Shown here in pieces: positions 50,399 to 60,067 of a DNA stretch of 64,000 nt (position 1 is its first letter; the number at the start of each line of letters is the position of its first letter). Both the position numbers and the translations under genes were made by a program. The notes below the pieces were generated by a model. It was given only the letters and a program-made list of their open reading frames with translations, was not told the origin of the DNA and made no database searches. Source of the stretch: an uncultured Calditrichaceae bacterium (GTDB lineage Bacteria > Calditrichota > Calditrichia > Calditrichales > Calditrichaceae); assembly GCA_964542915.1 (NCBI GenBank), contig CAZIVP010000019.1, positions 1,666 to 65,665 on the forward strand, in the 5' to 3' direction.

Positions 50399-51451
50399 TT
50401 ACTGTAAGTGCACATTAAGGAGAGGCAGAACGCGCAACCAACGCGGATTGTTTTTGGCAATATTCAGCAATCCCAACTGCAATCCGTTCAGTTCGACGGC
50501 ATAGTTGAGAATGCCGAGCGCTATACCTATCTGGTTGCCTTTATTCCAGTTGAACGCGCTTACAGACAGTCCCTTAAATTGACCGCCTTCGTTCACCTTG
50601 ACCATTCCGCCGGCGAGGCTAATGCCCGTAATGTGGTTTCCGCCCGTGGCAAACCCGGCCAGGGTAATGCCTTTGACCGTTGGAGCGCCTACGCCAAATC
50701 CACCGACGCCAATACCGGTGAGCCGGTTACCACAGCCCATACCGATCAGTGCAAAGCCGGCGCCTGTAAAATTTTGTCCGGCGCCCACGCCCAGTCCACT
50801 CAAGGCAATGCCGGTAAAATCCTCGCCGACGCCCACGCCGAGACCGGCCATGGCCAGACCTTTCATGGATCGTCCCGAACCGGCGCCCAACCCCCCAAAT
50901 GCAAGGCCTTTTACATCTCTGCCGGAGCCGACGGCGAGTCCGCCGAAGGCAATCCCCGCCATATCACGGCCGCATCCGGAAGCCAAGCCGCCAACGGCGA
51001 TACCGCTGATATCTTCGCCTGCGCCGGAAGCCAGTCCGCCTATTGAAATACCGTTCAATTGACCGCCTGCGCCGGCTCCCACAAAGCCAAATGAGATGCC
51101 ATTCATAACCTCGTCCGCCGCCGAGCCGACAATCCCAAAATTGACGCCGTTCATTCTGCCGCCCTTGGGCATGGCGCCTACGGAAATACCGTTATACTCC
51201 GCACCGGCGTTGTTCTCCGAGGGCCACAACGTCACATTTAGTCCGTTAATGCGTTGAACGTTCTGATCTTTCCAATTTAAGCGCACGCCTGTGAAAGTCT
51301 TGGAGTTGCCGATACTGACGCCATAACGGCTCGTGGGAATATCGATACTCTGCGCTTTTAAATGCGAAAACGGCATTACAAAAAAGGTTAATAGAAAAAC
51401 GCTTATCAACGCTTCCCTTCCGAATCTTCGGAGGATCATAAACAGACGCAT
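50399..51451 (-). CDS. Secreted glycine-rich repeat protein (~16 tandem 16-residue repeats, consensus x-x-G-I-a-x-G-G-L-a-x-G-x-G-x-D)
   Basis: Start trimmed to MRLFMILRR... (signal peptide); repeats ISGIAVGGLASGCGRD / MAGIAFGGLAVGSGRD / VKGLAFGGLGAGSGRS / MKGLAMAGLGVGVGED etc. read directly. Confidence 0.7.
   Translation of the reverse strand: MRLFMILRRFGREALISVFLLTFFVMPFSHLKAQSIDIPTSRYGVSIGNSKTFTGVRLNWKDQNVQRINGLNVTLWPSENNAGAEYNGISVGAMPKGGRMNGVNFGIVGSAADEVMNGISFGFVGAGAGGQLNGISIGGLASGAGEDISGIAVGGLASGCGRDMAGIAFGGLAVGSGRDVKGLAFGGLGAGSGRSMKGLAMAGLGVGVGEDFTGIALSGLGVGAGQNFTGAGFALIGMGCGNRLTGIGVGGFGVGAPTVKGITLAGFATGGNHITGISLAGGMVKVNEGGQFKGLSVSAFNWNKGNQIGIALGILNYAVELNGLQLGLLNIAKNNPRWLRVLPLLNVHLQ
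50470..51200 (-). repeat. Intragenic 48-bp tandem repeat array encoding the Gly-rich 16-mers
   Basis: Periodicity visible in translation of 50399-51451; coordinates approximate. Confidence 0.6.
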
Positions 51452-51599
51452 GGTCTTACTTGTTTTAGTTTGATTGGTAGCCATAGCGATCTCCTGTGTT
51501 TGAGTGATACCCAACGTAGTGCCATACGAATATCCGTGAGTAAAGTTTACCACAATCATGGCATTTGTTGGTTTTATCCCGGCTAAGCTACGGCTCTTT

Positions 51600-53786
51600 T
51601 TACAGATGATTCAGCACAAACTCGGTTATCAAGCGATACAAATGTTTGCGTGTGTTCGTACCCAATATACTGTGATTTTTTTCGGGATAGATCATAAGAT
51701 CGAATTGCATACGGTGGCTTTGCATTTCACGGATGAACTGCATCGTGTTTTGCATATGGACGTTATCATCGGCGCTGCCGTGAATGATCAACAGATCGCC
51801 GTCAAACTGATCCACGTAATTTAATGAAGAGGCGGATTCGTAGCCGGCGTGATTGTCCGACGGCATGCCCATGTAGCGTTCGGTCCAGATGGCGTCGTAT
51901 AAGCGAAAATCGCTGACTGGCGCCACCGCAACGCCGCAATTAAAATGTTCGCTGCCATTGGTCATCGCCATCAGGGTTAGATAGCCGCCTCCGCTCCAGC
52001 CCCAAATGCCGATACGATCCGAATCCACATACGACAGCGAAGATAAATATTCGGCGGCTTCGATATGATCGTTTACCGCATAATACCCGATGTCGCCATA
52101 AGCGAGATTTTTAAAGGCTTTGCCGCGACCGCCGGTGCCGCGGTTGTCAACGGTGAAAATTATATAGCCCTTCTGTGTGAGCATGGTATACCACATACGG
52201 GAAAAACTTCTGCCCCAGCTGTTACGCACGAGTTGCGAGCCCGGGCCGCCGTATCCGTATATCAAAACCGGATATTGTCTCGATTTATCGAAATCGGCTG
52301 GTAAAGTTATTTCTGCGTTGAGTTCGGCGCCGTCTTCTGTGGTAAAGGTTAAAAATCGTTTATGAACCAGACCGGCCTCTGTAAAGGGTTCAATCGTGTT
52401 CTCAATCAATGTCCGTACAGATTTCCCGGCTGCATTCCTCAGTACGGTTTGGGGCGGCGTTTTAACGCTGGAATAACGGTTTATGAACGCATTCCAGGCC
52501 GGACCGAACTTCGCCGAATGCCAGCCCGTCGTTTTGGTCAGGGGTGTCATGGCGCCGGTGATCAGGTTTACCGAAAAAATATGGCTCTCTTTCACATCGC
52601 CTTTATTGGCCTTGAAAAACACCCGTTGCGTTTGTTCATCTATGCCGTAGACGCGTTGCACGACCCATGAACCCGATGTCAGCGCCTCTTCTTTGCCGTT
52701 CTCGATTTGATAGCGGTATATATGGTTGTATCCGCTTTTTTCCGAGGTGTAAATGACGGATTTATTTTTTTCCGTAAAGAACCAGTCGTCGTCCACCTCT
52801 ACCCAGCAGCTATCACTATCGCTCAGTAGCGTCGATGTTTCGCCGCTGTGGACGTTCGCCATCAACAGGTCAAGCCGGTTTTGCAGGCGGTTCAACCGCT
52901 GGATTGCCAGAATATCGTTGTTGTCCGTCCATTTGATGCGTGGAATATAGAGATTGGTATCGGCGGAGGTGTGCATCCACACCGTTTGACCGTTATTTAG
53001 GTGGTACACGCCGATCTTTACTTTCGCGACGGGATCGCCGGCTTTTGGATAGCGAATGGTGCGCACCTGTCCGTTTTTGGGCGCAAATTCCATCCAGCTA
53101 AACGTTGGCTCCGGCGATTGGTCCAGACGCCAGAACGCAATCTTTTTGCTGTCGGGCGACCAGCGCCAACCGTCGGCGATGCCGAATTCTTCTTCGTACA
53201 CCCAATCAAATTGCCCGTTGATGACGGTTTCGGAGCCGTCGTTGGTTACCGGAATCGTTTCACCGCTTTGCAAATCTTTCAGATAGATGTTGTTATCGCG
53301 TACATAAGCCACATGTTTTTCATCGGGACTCAGTTTCGCGTGGGCAATACGCCCCGCACCTTCGTGCACGGCGGTTGTTTTATGATCCTCGATATGATAG
53401 ACATAGAAGCGGGCCAGCGAGTGACGACGCCACACGCGCCGGGCATCGCTTTTTATGAGCAGCGTTTCACCCGAAGGCGCAATGTCGTAATCAAAAATGG
53501 GAAGCGGTTCATCCGTTCCCGGCTTTTTTATATCTTTTAAAGCAATCCAAAGCGTCGTATCAGCTTTATTCACCGGGTGCTTGTATATGCCTGCGGGGGC
53601 TTCGCTGGTATCACGGCGTAGAGTAACAAAGGCGTCGCCCTCGGGCAGCCATTTCGTTTGCCCCAGGCTTTTCAGCTCGAATGCGCTCGATTCGAAAATT
53701 TGGTCTAACGTAAGTCCATTATCTTTGCCTGCCAGGGCCATAGAGACGAGGGTCGCAAAAATGCATAATATAAACAGTCGCTTCAT
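51600..53786 (-). CDS. Dipeptidyl-peptidase IV (S9B prolyl oligopeptidase family), secreted
   Basis: Signal peptide; N-terminal DPPIV beta-propeller region; catalytic Ser context GIWGWSGGGYLTLM (GWSYGG-like); alpha/beta-hydrolase C-domain with Asp/His. Confidence 0.8.
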   Translation of the reverse strand: MKRLFILCIFATLVSMALAGKDNGLTLDQIFESSAFELKSLGQTKWLPEGDAFVTLRRDTSEAPAGIYKHPVNKADTTLWIALKDIKKPGTDEPLPIFDYDIAPSGETLLIKSDARRVWRRHSLARFYVYHIEDHKTTAVHEGAGRIAHAKLSPDEKHVAYVRDNNIYLKDLQSGETIPVTNDGSETVINGQFDWVYEEEFGIADGWRWSPDSKKIAFWRLDQSPEPTFSWMEFAPKNGQVRTIRYPKAGDPVAKVKIGVYHLNNGQTVWMHTSADTNLYIPRIKWTDNNDILAIQRLNRLQNRLDLLMANVHSGETSTLLSDSDSCWVEVDDDWFFTEKNKSVIYTSEKSGYNHIYRYQIENGKEEALTSGSWVVQRVYGIDEQTQRVFFKANKGDVKESHIFSVNLITGAMTPLTKTTGWHSAKFGPAWNAFINRYSSVKTPPQTVLRNAAGKSVRTLIENTIEPFTEAGLVHKRFLTFTTEDGAELNAEITLPADFDKSRQYPVLIYGYGGPGSQLVRNSWGRSFSRMWYTMLTQKGYIIFTVDNRGTGGRGKAFKNLAYGDIGYYAVNDHIEAAEYLSSLSYVDSDRIGIWGWSGGGYLTLMAMTNGSEHFNCGVAVAPVSDFRLYDAIWTERYMGMPSDNHAGYESASSLNYVDQFDGDLLIIHGSADDNVHMQNTMQFIREMQSHRMQFDLMIYPEKNHSILGTNTRKHLYRLITEFVLNHL

Positions 53787-53915
53787 GGTATTTTCCTTAT
53801 TTTCGCTAAAGTTACAGCTGCATTATATCGCCAAGATAGGCGTTGCATTAATTCGATTCAATGATATTTCAAAATGACGTTTTGGATTTATGGTCGGATC
53901 GCTGACAGCAATGCG

Positions 53916-53990
53916 TAAAATGGTGGAATCATGGAATATTGGAATCAAAAAATGCATGCTTCTGCTTTACGCTGAAAACAATCCTTTCTC
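53916..53990 (+). repeat. Element A: GGAAT octamer repeats (GGAATCAT GGAATATT GGAATCAA) + 14-codon mini-ORF MEYWNQKMHASALR (53931-53975) + GCTTTACGCTGAAAACA
   Basis: Read directly; paralogous to element B (~65-70% nt identity over ~90 nt). Confidence 0.5.
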
Positions 53991-54197
53991 TCAGCATACC
54001 CGCCGGTTCAATTCCCTGCCAATCGATTCCGATCCACTCGGAAAAATGCAGGAATTTTACGGCTAAGTTATTAAAAACCGATATCGAACGGATCGATTCC
54101 ATTATATCCAAAAAAAATGCGATTGACTATTGTGAATGTTTTCTTTGCTTCGGGAAAAAACAAGAATTTCACGAGGAAGGTTCTGAGGACAAATGGC

Positions 54198-54285
54198 TTG
54201 ATTAACGGAATGTTGGAATGATGAAATATGGGAATAAAGAAAGGACAGCGGTGGCTTTAAGCTGAAAATATTTTTTTTCTCGGCG
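54198..54285 (+). repeat. Element B: GGAAT octamer repeats (GGAATGTT GGAATGAT GAAATATG GGAATAAA) + 14/15-codon mini-ORF (M)MKYGNKERTAVALS (54218/54221-54265) + GCTTTAAGCTGAAAATA + T8
   Basis: Read directly; same frame relationship and stop-codon context (GCT TTA xGC TGA AAA) as element A. Confidence 0.5.
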
Positions 54286-54488
54286 CTCTCTGCGTTTTCG
54301 GCGGTTAAGTAATTTGCCGGCCGGGGCTCCATTTGAATGGATCAACCCATTTTAAAAATAAGCACTGTATTACAAGTTTTTAATCGCATAAAACATGTAC
54401 GGGTACATACTTGGTAGGGCGTTTAAAGAGATACGGTCCATGGGTCATTAGCGGCTATGACGGATGCCGGTCAAAAGCTGCCGAATGA

Positions 54489-55067
54489 CTATTTAACCAT
54501 TCCCGAAAATCCCATGAAGGCCATAGCCAAGATTCCGGCTACAATCAATGCGATCGGGGCGCCGGCAAATACTTTTGGCACTTCCCGCACTTCCATCGCC
54601 TCGCGGATACCGGAAAATAAGATCAGGGCCAGCCCAAATCCTAACGCCGAAGCAAACGAGAAGATAACGGCGAAAATAAAATTGTCCAATTGTTGTGTGG
54701 CCAGAATCGCAACGCCGAGAATGGCGCAATTGGTTGTTATCAACGGCAGATAGATACCCAGCGCTTTGAAAAGAGCCGGTGCAATCTTTTTCATCACGAT
54801 TTCCACCAGTTGCACCAGCGAAGCGATTACGAGTATGAATGCGATGGTTTGCAAATAGCCCAGGTTTAACGGAACGAGCACATAACTCTGAATAATATAC
54901 GTAATCGAGCCTGCCAGCGTCATGACAAACACAACCGCCATACTCATACCCAGGGCCGTATCCAGCTTACGGGAAACACCCATATAGGGACAGATACCGA
55001 GAAATTTTGTGAAGACAACATTGTTGACAAAGATAGCGCCAACGATAATCAGAAAGACTTCAGCCAT
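54489..55067 (-). CDS. rnfA: Rnf electron-transport complex subunit A
   Basis: 192-aa polytopic membrane protein of NqrE/RnfA family; last gene of rnf cluster. Confidence 0.85.
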   Translation of the reverse strand: MAEVFLIIVGAIFVNNVVFTKFLGICPYMGVSRKLDTALGMSMAVVFVMTLAGSITYIIQSYVLVPLNLGYLQTIAFILVIASLVQLVEIVMKKIAPALFKALGIYLPLITTNCAILGVAILATQQLDNFIFAVIFSFASALGFGLALILFSGIREAMEVREVPKVFAGAPIALIVAGILAMAFMGFSGMVK

Positions 55068-55669
55068 TATTTGCCCCTTTCCAGAAGATCGCTGATTTTA
55101 TTCATTCCTACCAGCATAAATCCCAAAGTGATAAAAGCGCCGGGCGCCAGCACGAATAATAAAATCGTGCGCCAGCCCTCCGGTATAAATTCGACGCCCA
55201 GAAATGCGCCGGAGCCGAGGATTTCACGAATGGCACCCAGAACAAACAGCGCAAACGTAAATCCGAGCCCGTTGGCAACGCCGTCGATTAATGACTGGCC
55301 GATCGAATTTTTGGAGGCAAATGCTTCGGCGCGACCGAGAATCAAACAATTGACCACGATCAGCGGAATAAACAATCCCAGGGTTTTATGCAATTGATAC
55401 ATGGTGGCTTGCAGCCCCATATCGACGATGGTTACAAACGTCGCGATTACGACGATGAAGGCCGGGATACGCACCCTGGAGGGGATAACATCCTTAAAAA
55501 TAGAAATCACCAGATTGGACATGATCAGCACAAAGGTCGTCGCCAAACCCATACCCAGACCGTTCTCTGCGGAAGTGGTTACGGCCAGCGTAGGACACAG
55601 GCCCAGCAGTAAACCCGTAACCGGATTGTCGGTAAAAAATGTGCGTTTGAATTTTTCTCCGAGCGTCAT
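55067..55669 (-). CDS. rnfE: Rnf complex subunit E
   Basis: 200-aa NqrD/RnfE-family membrane protein; start/stop overlap with neighbours. Confidence 0.85.
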   Translation of the reverse strand: MTLGEKFKRTFFTDNPVTGLLLGLCPTLAVTTSAENGLGMGLATTFVLIMSNLVISIFKDVIPSRVRIPAFIVVIATFVTIVDMGLQATMYQLHKTLGLFIPLIVVNCLILGRAEAFASKNSIGQSLIDGVANGLGFTFALFVLGAIREILGSGAFLGVEFIPEGWRTILLFVLAPGAFITLGFMLVGMNKISDLLERGK

Positions 55670-56250
55670 TATTGTTGTTCCTCCTTCAGCTTTTGATAAG
55701 CTTTCAGAGCACGTTGTACTCCGGTCGTAAATGCCCGTGAAGTGATGGTTGCTGCGGTAATGGCATCAATATCGCCGCCGTCTTTTTTCACTTTCCATGT
55801 GGTGCTTTCCAGCGTCCGTCCGCGAAATTGTTTTTTGAATTCTTCTTCGGTCATGCCATCGCCGAGACCGGGCGTTTCCTTGTGTGCCAACACGTACGTA
55901 TCTAATATTTTACCGGTTGTATCCACGCCAACCAGAATTTCAAAATCGCTGGTAAATCCGTTTGGCGCCTTCACCTTAAAGGCGTAGCCGAGGGTACGCT
56001 CCTGATCGTTTTTAACCGGAAAATAACTGGCTTCAAACGCCTCGAGGGGCAGATCAATCGGCTCTTCGGGGTGATGGACGCCGCTTGGTTTTTGCAGCAC
56101 CACTTTGATCGCGCGCTGGGTTTCCGCTTTACGATTAGCCGCAATCGGCCCTTCCGTAACTTTGTTGACATACGCCAACAGGGATGCGGCTACAAGCGCG
56201 ATCAAGACCAGTACGATAATTACTTTAAATCCAGATTCTTCTTTAGCCAT
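55669..56250 (-). CDS. rnfG: Rnf complex subunit G (FMN-binding)
   Basis: Single N-terminal TM; FMN-attachment motif ...DAITAATITSRAF. Confidence 0.8.
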   Translation of the reverse strand: MAKEESGFKVIIVLVLIALVAASLLAYVNKVTEGPIAANRKAETQRAIKVVLQKPSGVHHPEEPIDLPLEAFEASYFPVKNDQERTLGYAFKVKAPNGFTSDFEILVGVDTTGKILDTYVLAHKETPGLGDGMTEEEFKKQFRGRTLESTTWKVKKDGGDIDAITAATITSRAFTTGVQRALKAYQKLKEEQQ

Positions 56251-57211
56251 TTTCTACCATTCCAAATTTTTTATCGGGTAAGTATTTATCCAGTAGCGGT
56301 ACAAAACCGTTCATCAAGATAATGGCAAATGATACGCCTTCCGGGTAACTGCCGAACAAGCGGATAACGGCCGTAAAAAAACCACAACCGATACCAAATA
56401 CAATGCGTCCGCGTTTGGTCAAAGGCGAGGTTACCATATCCGTGGCCATATAAAGCGCTCCCAGGAACAATCCACCGGTAAACATGTGGAAAACGGGATT
56501 GGTGTACTGACTGGGGTCGATCAGGTAAAAGATACCGGTAAATACGAAGACCGTGCCGATGAACAGCGCCGGCACTTCCCAATAGATGTATTTTTTATAC
56601 ACAAGATAGGCGGCGCCGATTAACAATGCCAGGGCGGATATTTCACCAATGGAGCCGCCCATCTGCCCTAATGCCAGACCCGCCATATCCGTCTGTGATA
56701 TGGCGCCGATGCCCTCCGATTTCAGAAGACCCAGCGGTGTGGCGCCGGTGCTTCCGTCATAGGCAAATGGCTCGGGCCACAGGCTCATTTCCACCGGGAA
56801 TGAAATAATGAGAAAGACGCGCGCCACCAGGGCGGGATTAAAGATGTTCTGGCCGAGCCCGCCGAATACATGTTTACCCAGCCCGACCGCAACCAGCGCT
56901 CCGATCAAAATAAGCCACCACGGGGCATTGGACGGTAAATTCATGGCAAGGAGGATACCGGTTAAAAGAGCGCTTCCGTCCATGAAATTAACGTTATAAG
57001 ATACCATGCGTGCAATTAACCATTCGAAACCCACGCTAAACACGGAGGTCAAAACCAAAACCCGCACCGCGTCCCAGCCAAATACCCAGAACGATACGGC
57101 CAGAGCCGGCACCAGTGTCAGGCTGACGGTGTACATGATTTTTGTCGTCGATTCCGTTACCCGTCCCTGCGGGGAAGAATCCATTAACAGTAGTCGGTTC
57201 GAAGCTTCCAC
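56243..57211 (-). CDS. rnfD: Rnf complex subunit D
   Basis: NqrB/RnfD-family polytopic membrane protein; FMN-Thr motif MATDMVTSPLT. Confidence 0.85.
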   Translation of the reverse strand: MEASNRLLLMDSSPQGRVTESTTKIMYTVSLTLVPALAVSFWVFGWDAVRVLVLTSVFSVGFEWLIARMVSYNVNFMDGSALLTGILLAMNLPSNAPWWLILIGALVAVGLGKHVFGGLGQNIFNPALVARVFLIISFPVEMSLWPEPFAYDGSTGATPLGLLKSEGIGAISQTDMAGLALGQMGGSIGEISALALLIGAAYLVYKKYIYWEVPALFIGTVFVFTGIFYLIDPSQYTNPVFHMFTGGLFLGALYMATDMVTSPLTKRGRIVFGIGCGFFTAVIRLFGSYPEGVSFAIILMNGFVPLLDKYLPDKKFGMVENG

Positions 57212-57213
57212 GA

Positions 57214-58542
57214 TTAATTCTCTCTTTTTATGATGGTCTTACCAACGCGCATCCAGTGAACAAGTCTGCGATCGGCGGGGCAAACATAAGCACAACTTCC
57301 GCATTCGATGCAATCCATGATATAATCCCGCGCTTCCGAACTGATATTATTGGCCTTGATCATCTCCGTTACCTGTGCCACCGGCAGCCCCATCGGACAA
57401 ACATTGATACAATTTCCGCAACGAATGCAGGGATTCTCCCGACGATCAATGAATTGTTTTTCGTCAAAAAATAATAAGGCCGAGGTGGTTTTGGTGATCG
57501 GGCTTTCAAAGGAATAGGAGGTACGCCCCATCATCGGGCCTCCGGAGATCATCAATTTAACCTGCGAGGCATCGATGCCGAAATGATCCATCAAATAGGA
57601 AACGGGCGTTCCGATGGGTACGACCATATTGCCGGGATTATCAACCAAATTTCCGGTTACCGTAACCACGCGTTCCATCAACGGTCGGTTTCTGAAAAAA
57701 GCGTCATGAACGGCCAGGACGGTGCCGACGTTCTGTGCGATCACGCCCACATCCATAGGCAATCCCTTAGATGGCACTTCCCTGTTTAGTATGGCTTTGA
57801 TCAATTGTTTTTCGCCGCCCTGCGGATATTTGGTACGTAATGGAACCACTTTGATTTTAACTTCATCCACCAATACTTTTTCGAAAGCGCGGATCGCATC
57901 GGGCTTGTTTGCCTCGATGCCGATATAAACCGGTATATCATCAAACAGATGTTGCAGGATTTTGATACCGCGATGCAGTTCTTCGGTTTTTTCCAGCATA
58001 ACGCGGTGATCAGCGGTAATATACGGTTCACATTCGGCGCCATTGATGATGAGGGCGTCAATGGTTTTATCGGACGGCGGGGATAGTTTAACATGGGTCG
58101 GAAATCCCGCTCCGCCCATGCCGATTAAACCGGCATTAGCGATGGTTTTACGGATCGCATCTTTACTCAAACGATGGATATCGACCGATTCACGGCTATC
58201 CGATTCCATCAATTCTTTATATGATTCTCCGGCGTTCTCGGCCGTAATTTGTACACACTCTTTGATCTGTCCGCCGAGAAGGGGAAATCGCAATATTTTC
58301 TGCACCTTCCCTTTAAGCGGCGTATGCACATTGGAAGAAACGAAACCGTCAGCTTCGGCCAGCACGTCGCCGCGCTCCACCGAGTCCCCTTTCTTAACCA
58401 CTATTTTTGATGGTTTACCGATATGCTGATTGACCGGAACTAAAAGCTGTTTGGGAACTTCACCATATTGTATGGGCGCATCCGACGATATCTTTTCTTC
58501 CGGCGGATGAACGCCGCCACGCTCAAACGTTCGCAGTAACAT
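57214..58542 (-). CDS. rnfC: Rnf complex subunit C
   Basis: GGAGFPTHVKL nucleotide-binding segment and 2x[4Fe-4S] motifs CIRCGNCINVCP / CIECGSCAYVCP. Confidence 0.85.
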   Translation of the reverse strand: MLLRTFERGGVHPPEEKISSDAPIQYGEVPKQLLVPVNQHIGKPSKIVVKKGDSVERGDVLAEADGFVSSNVHTPLKGKVQKILRFPLLGGQIKECVQITAENAGESYKELMESDSRESVDIHRLSKDAIRKTIANAGLIGMGGAGFPTHVKLSPPSDKTIDALIINGAECEPYITADHRVMLEKTEELHRGIKILQHLFDDIPVYIGIEANKPDAIRAFEKVLVDEVKIKVVPLRTKYPQGGEKQLIKAILNREVPSKGLPMDVGVIAQNVGTVLAVHDAFFRNRPLMERVVTVTGNLVDNPGNMVVPIGTPVSYLMDHFGIDASQVKLMISGGPMMGRTSYSFESPITKTTSALLFFDEKQFIDRRENPCIRCGNCINVCPMGLPVAQVTEMIKANNISSEARDYIMDCIECGSCAYVCPADRRLVHWMRVGKTIIKREN

Positions 58543-59341
58543 GAACCTCTTGCCCTCTTATTTCTATTGAATTCGTTGGACAAACTTCCACACACTTTTC
58601 ACAGTTGGTGCATTTTTCATAATCGATTTTTGCCAGAAAGTTATTGACATGAATGGCATCGTCCTCACACACTTTTTCACACTTCATACAACCAATACAG
58701 GCCACTTTACACGCTTTGCGTGCATCGGCACCTTTATCGGTATTATTACAGGTAACCGTAACTTTTTTATCGTAGGGACGCATGTGTAAGATATTTTTGG
58801 GACAGGTCGGTATACAGATGCCGCAACCGGTGCAGACATCATCATCGATCACTACAATACCATCTTCCAAATGCATGGCGTCGAAAGGACACGCTTGCAC
58901 GCATGAACCCAGTCCCAGGCAGGCAAATGCACAGGCTTTGGTCGTGTCGGCCACAAGCATGGCAGCCCAGCAGTCTTCAATACCGCGATAATCCATCATC
59001 AATGCGCTGTTCTCTACGGTTCCTTTGCACATTAACGAAGCCACCATCTTTTGACCGCCGCTCACCTCTAGGCCGAGTATCTCGCCAATTTTAGCCATTG
59101 TGGATGAATCCGCCACCGGGCAGGGTTGTTCCAGGCTTTGTTCTTTTACCACATGCTCGGCATAGGCCGAACACCCGGCGAAGCCGCAGCCGCCGCAATT
59201 GGCGCCCGGCAGTAGTTCCGTTACTTCTTCGATGCGCGGGTCTTCATATACATAAAACTTTTTAGAGGCGTACAACAAACCCGTCGATGAAATAAGGGCA
59301 AATCCGCCAAGCACCAAACCCGCTACTAATATATCTGGCAT
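58523..59341 (-). CDS. rnfB: Rnf complex subunit B (polyferredoxin)
   Basis: N-terminal TM; CGGCGFAGC cluster; multiple CxxCxxCxxxCP 4Fe-4S motifs. Confidence 0.85.
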   Translation of the reverse strand: MPDILVAGLVLGGFALISSTGLLYASKKFYVYEDPRIEEVTELLPGANCGGCGFAGCSAYAEHVVKEQSLEQPCPVADSSTMAKIGEILGLEVSGGQKMVASLMCKGTVENSALMMDYRGIEDCWAAMLVADTTKACAFACLGLGSCVQACPFDAMHLEDGIVVIDDDVCTGCGICIPTCPKNILHMRPYDKKVTVTCNNTDKGADARKACKVACIGCMKCEKVCEDDAIHVNNFLAKIDYEKCTNCEKCVEVCPTNSIEIRGQEVHVTANV

Positions 59342-59367
59342 GCTAATATCTCCCTGAACAGCAATTG

Positions 59368-59787
59368 TTAAGCAATTGGTTTAATGTGAATGCTATACTT
59401 ACTTTTGCCGTATTTTTGATTGATCTGATGGACGATGGCCAGAGCCAGGCCCGTTCCAATCAGCGCATTGACAAAAAGCAGTAATTCATTACTGATATTC
59501 AGCAGGACTTTGCTAATTGCGATACCCGCAAAGAAAAATAAAACCGGCAACATATAAATGATAAATGACGTCTGGATCACTTTCGAGTATTCAATTAACA
59601 CTTTTTGTCCAACTTTAAGGCGTTCCGGCGCATCGACTTTATCGATTTCCACGTAATTGGAATGGCAAAAGCCATAAAGACCGCACGATTCGCAATCGCC
59701 GTCATCATTCACGGCTATGCGATACAACGCCTCCGTTTCTTCTGCTATGATGCCTGGAACCGATTGTTCAAACATTATAAATTCCAA
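59368..59787 (-). CDS. RseC/MucC-family (SoxR-reducing system) protein preceding rnf
   Basis: DCESCGLYGFC Cys cluster + two C-terminal TM helices; conserved position upstream of rnfB. Confidence 0.6.
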   Translation of the reverse strand: MEFIMFEQSVPGIIAEETEALYRIAVNDDGDCESCGLYGFCHSNYVEIDKVDAPERLKVGQKVLIEYSKVIQTSFIIYMLPVLFFFAGIAISKVLLNISNELLLFVNALIGTGLALAIVHQINQKYGKSKYSIHIKPIA

Positions 59788-59973
59788 CCCTTTAATAAAT
59801 TAGGGTTATACTAAGAGCAAATAATATACCACAACAATTAACTTTTTTAATCATTTGAAATTATTTAACTTAACATTATTCTTATATGATCTGTTTTCCA
59901 AATTTTTAAAAGCTCAAATCTACCATATTCTCAAATTTAAGAATTAAACCGGCCAAAACCGGGTTCAGCGTAT

Positions 59974-60018
59974 CAAAAAAAGCGATGCGGGCATTACCCC
60001 ACACCGCTTTATTGTTTT
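59974..60018. terminator. Possible bidirectional terminator-like A-run/GC hairpin/T-run between OFOR and rseC-rnf
   Basis: AAAAAAAGCGATGCGGGCATTACCCCACACCGCTTTATTGTTTT; imperfect stem. Confidence 0.3.
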
Positions 60019-60067
60019 GAGGGGGAGACACGTCTTTGTTTAATTGATTTGATTTCCATACGACCGA

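Noticed and set aside
50408-51062. Two overlapping + strand ORFs (212 aa, 154 aa) rich in Pro/Ala
   Set aside because: They are the reverse complement of the Gly-rich 16-mer repeat gene. Their low-complexity composition is an artefact of the repeat.
53939-54205. 88-aa TTG-initiated ORF spanning the gene desert
   Set aside because: Non-canonical start, no SD, Cys/Phe-rich low-complexity translation. The conserved signal in this region is the two short paralogous elements, which this ORF reads in a different frame.
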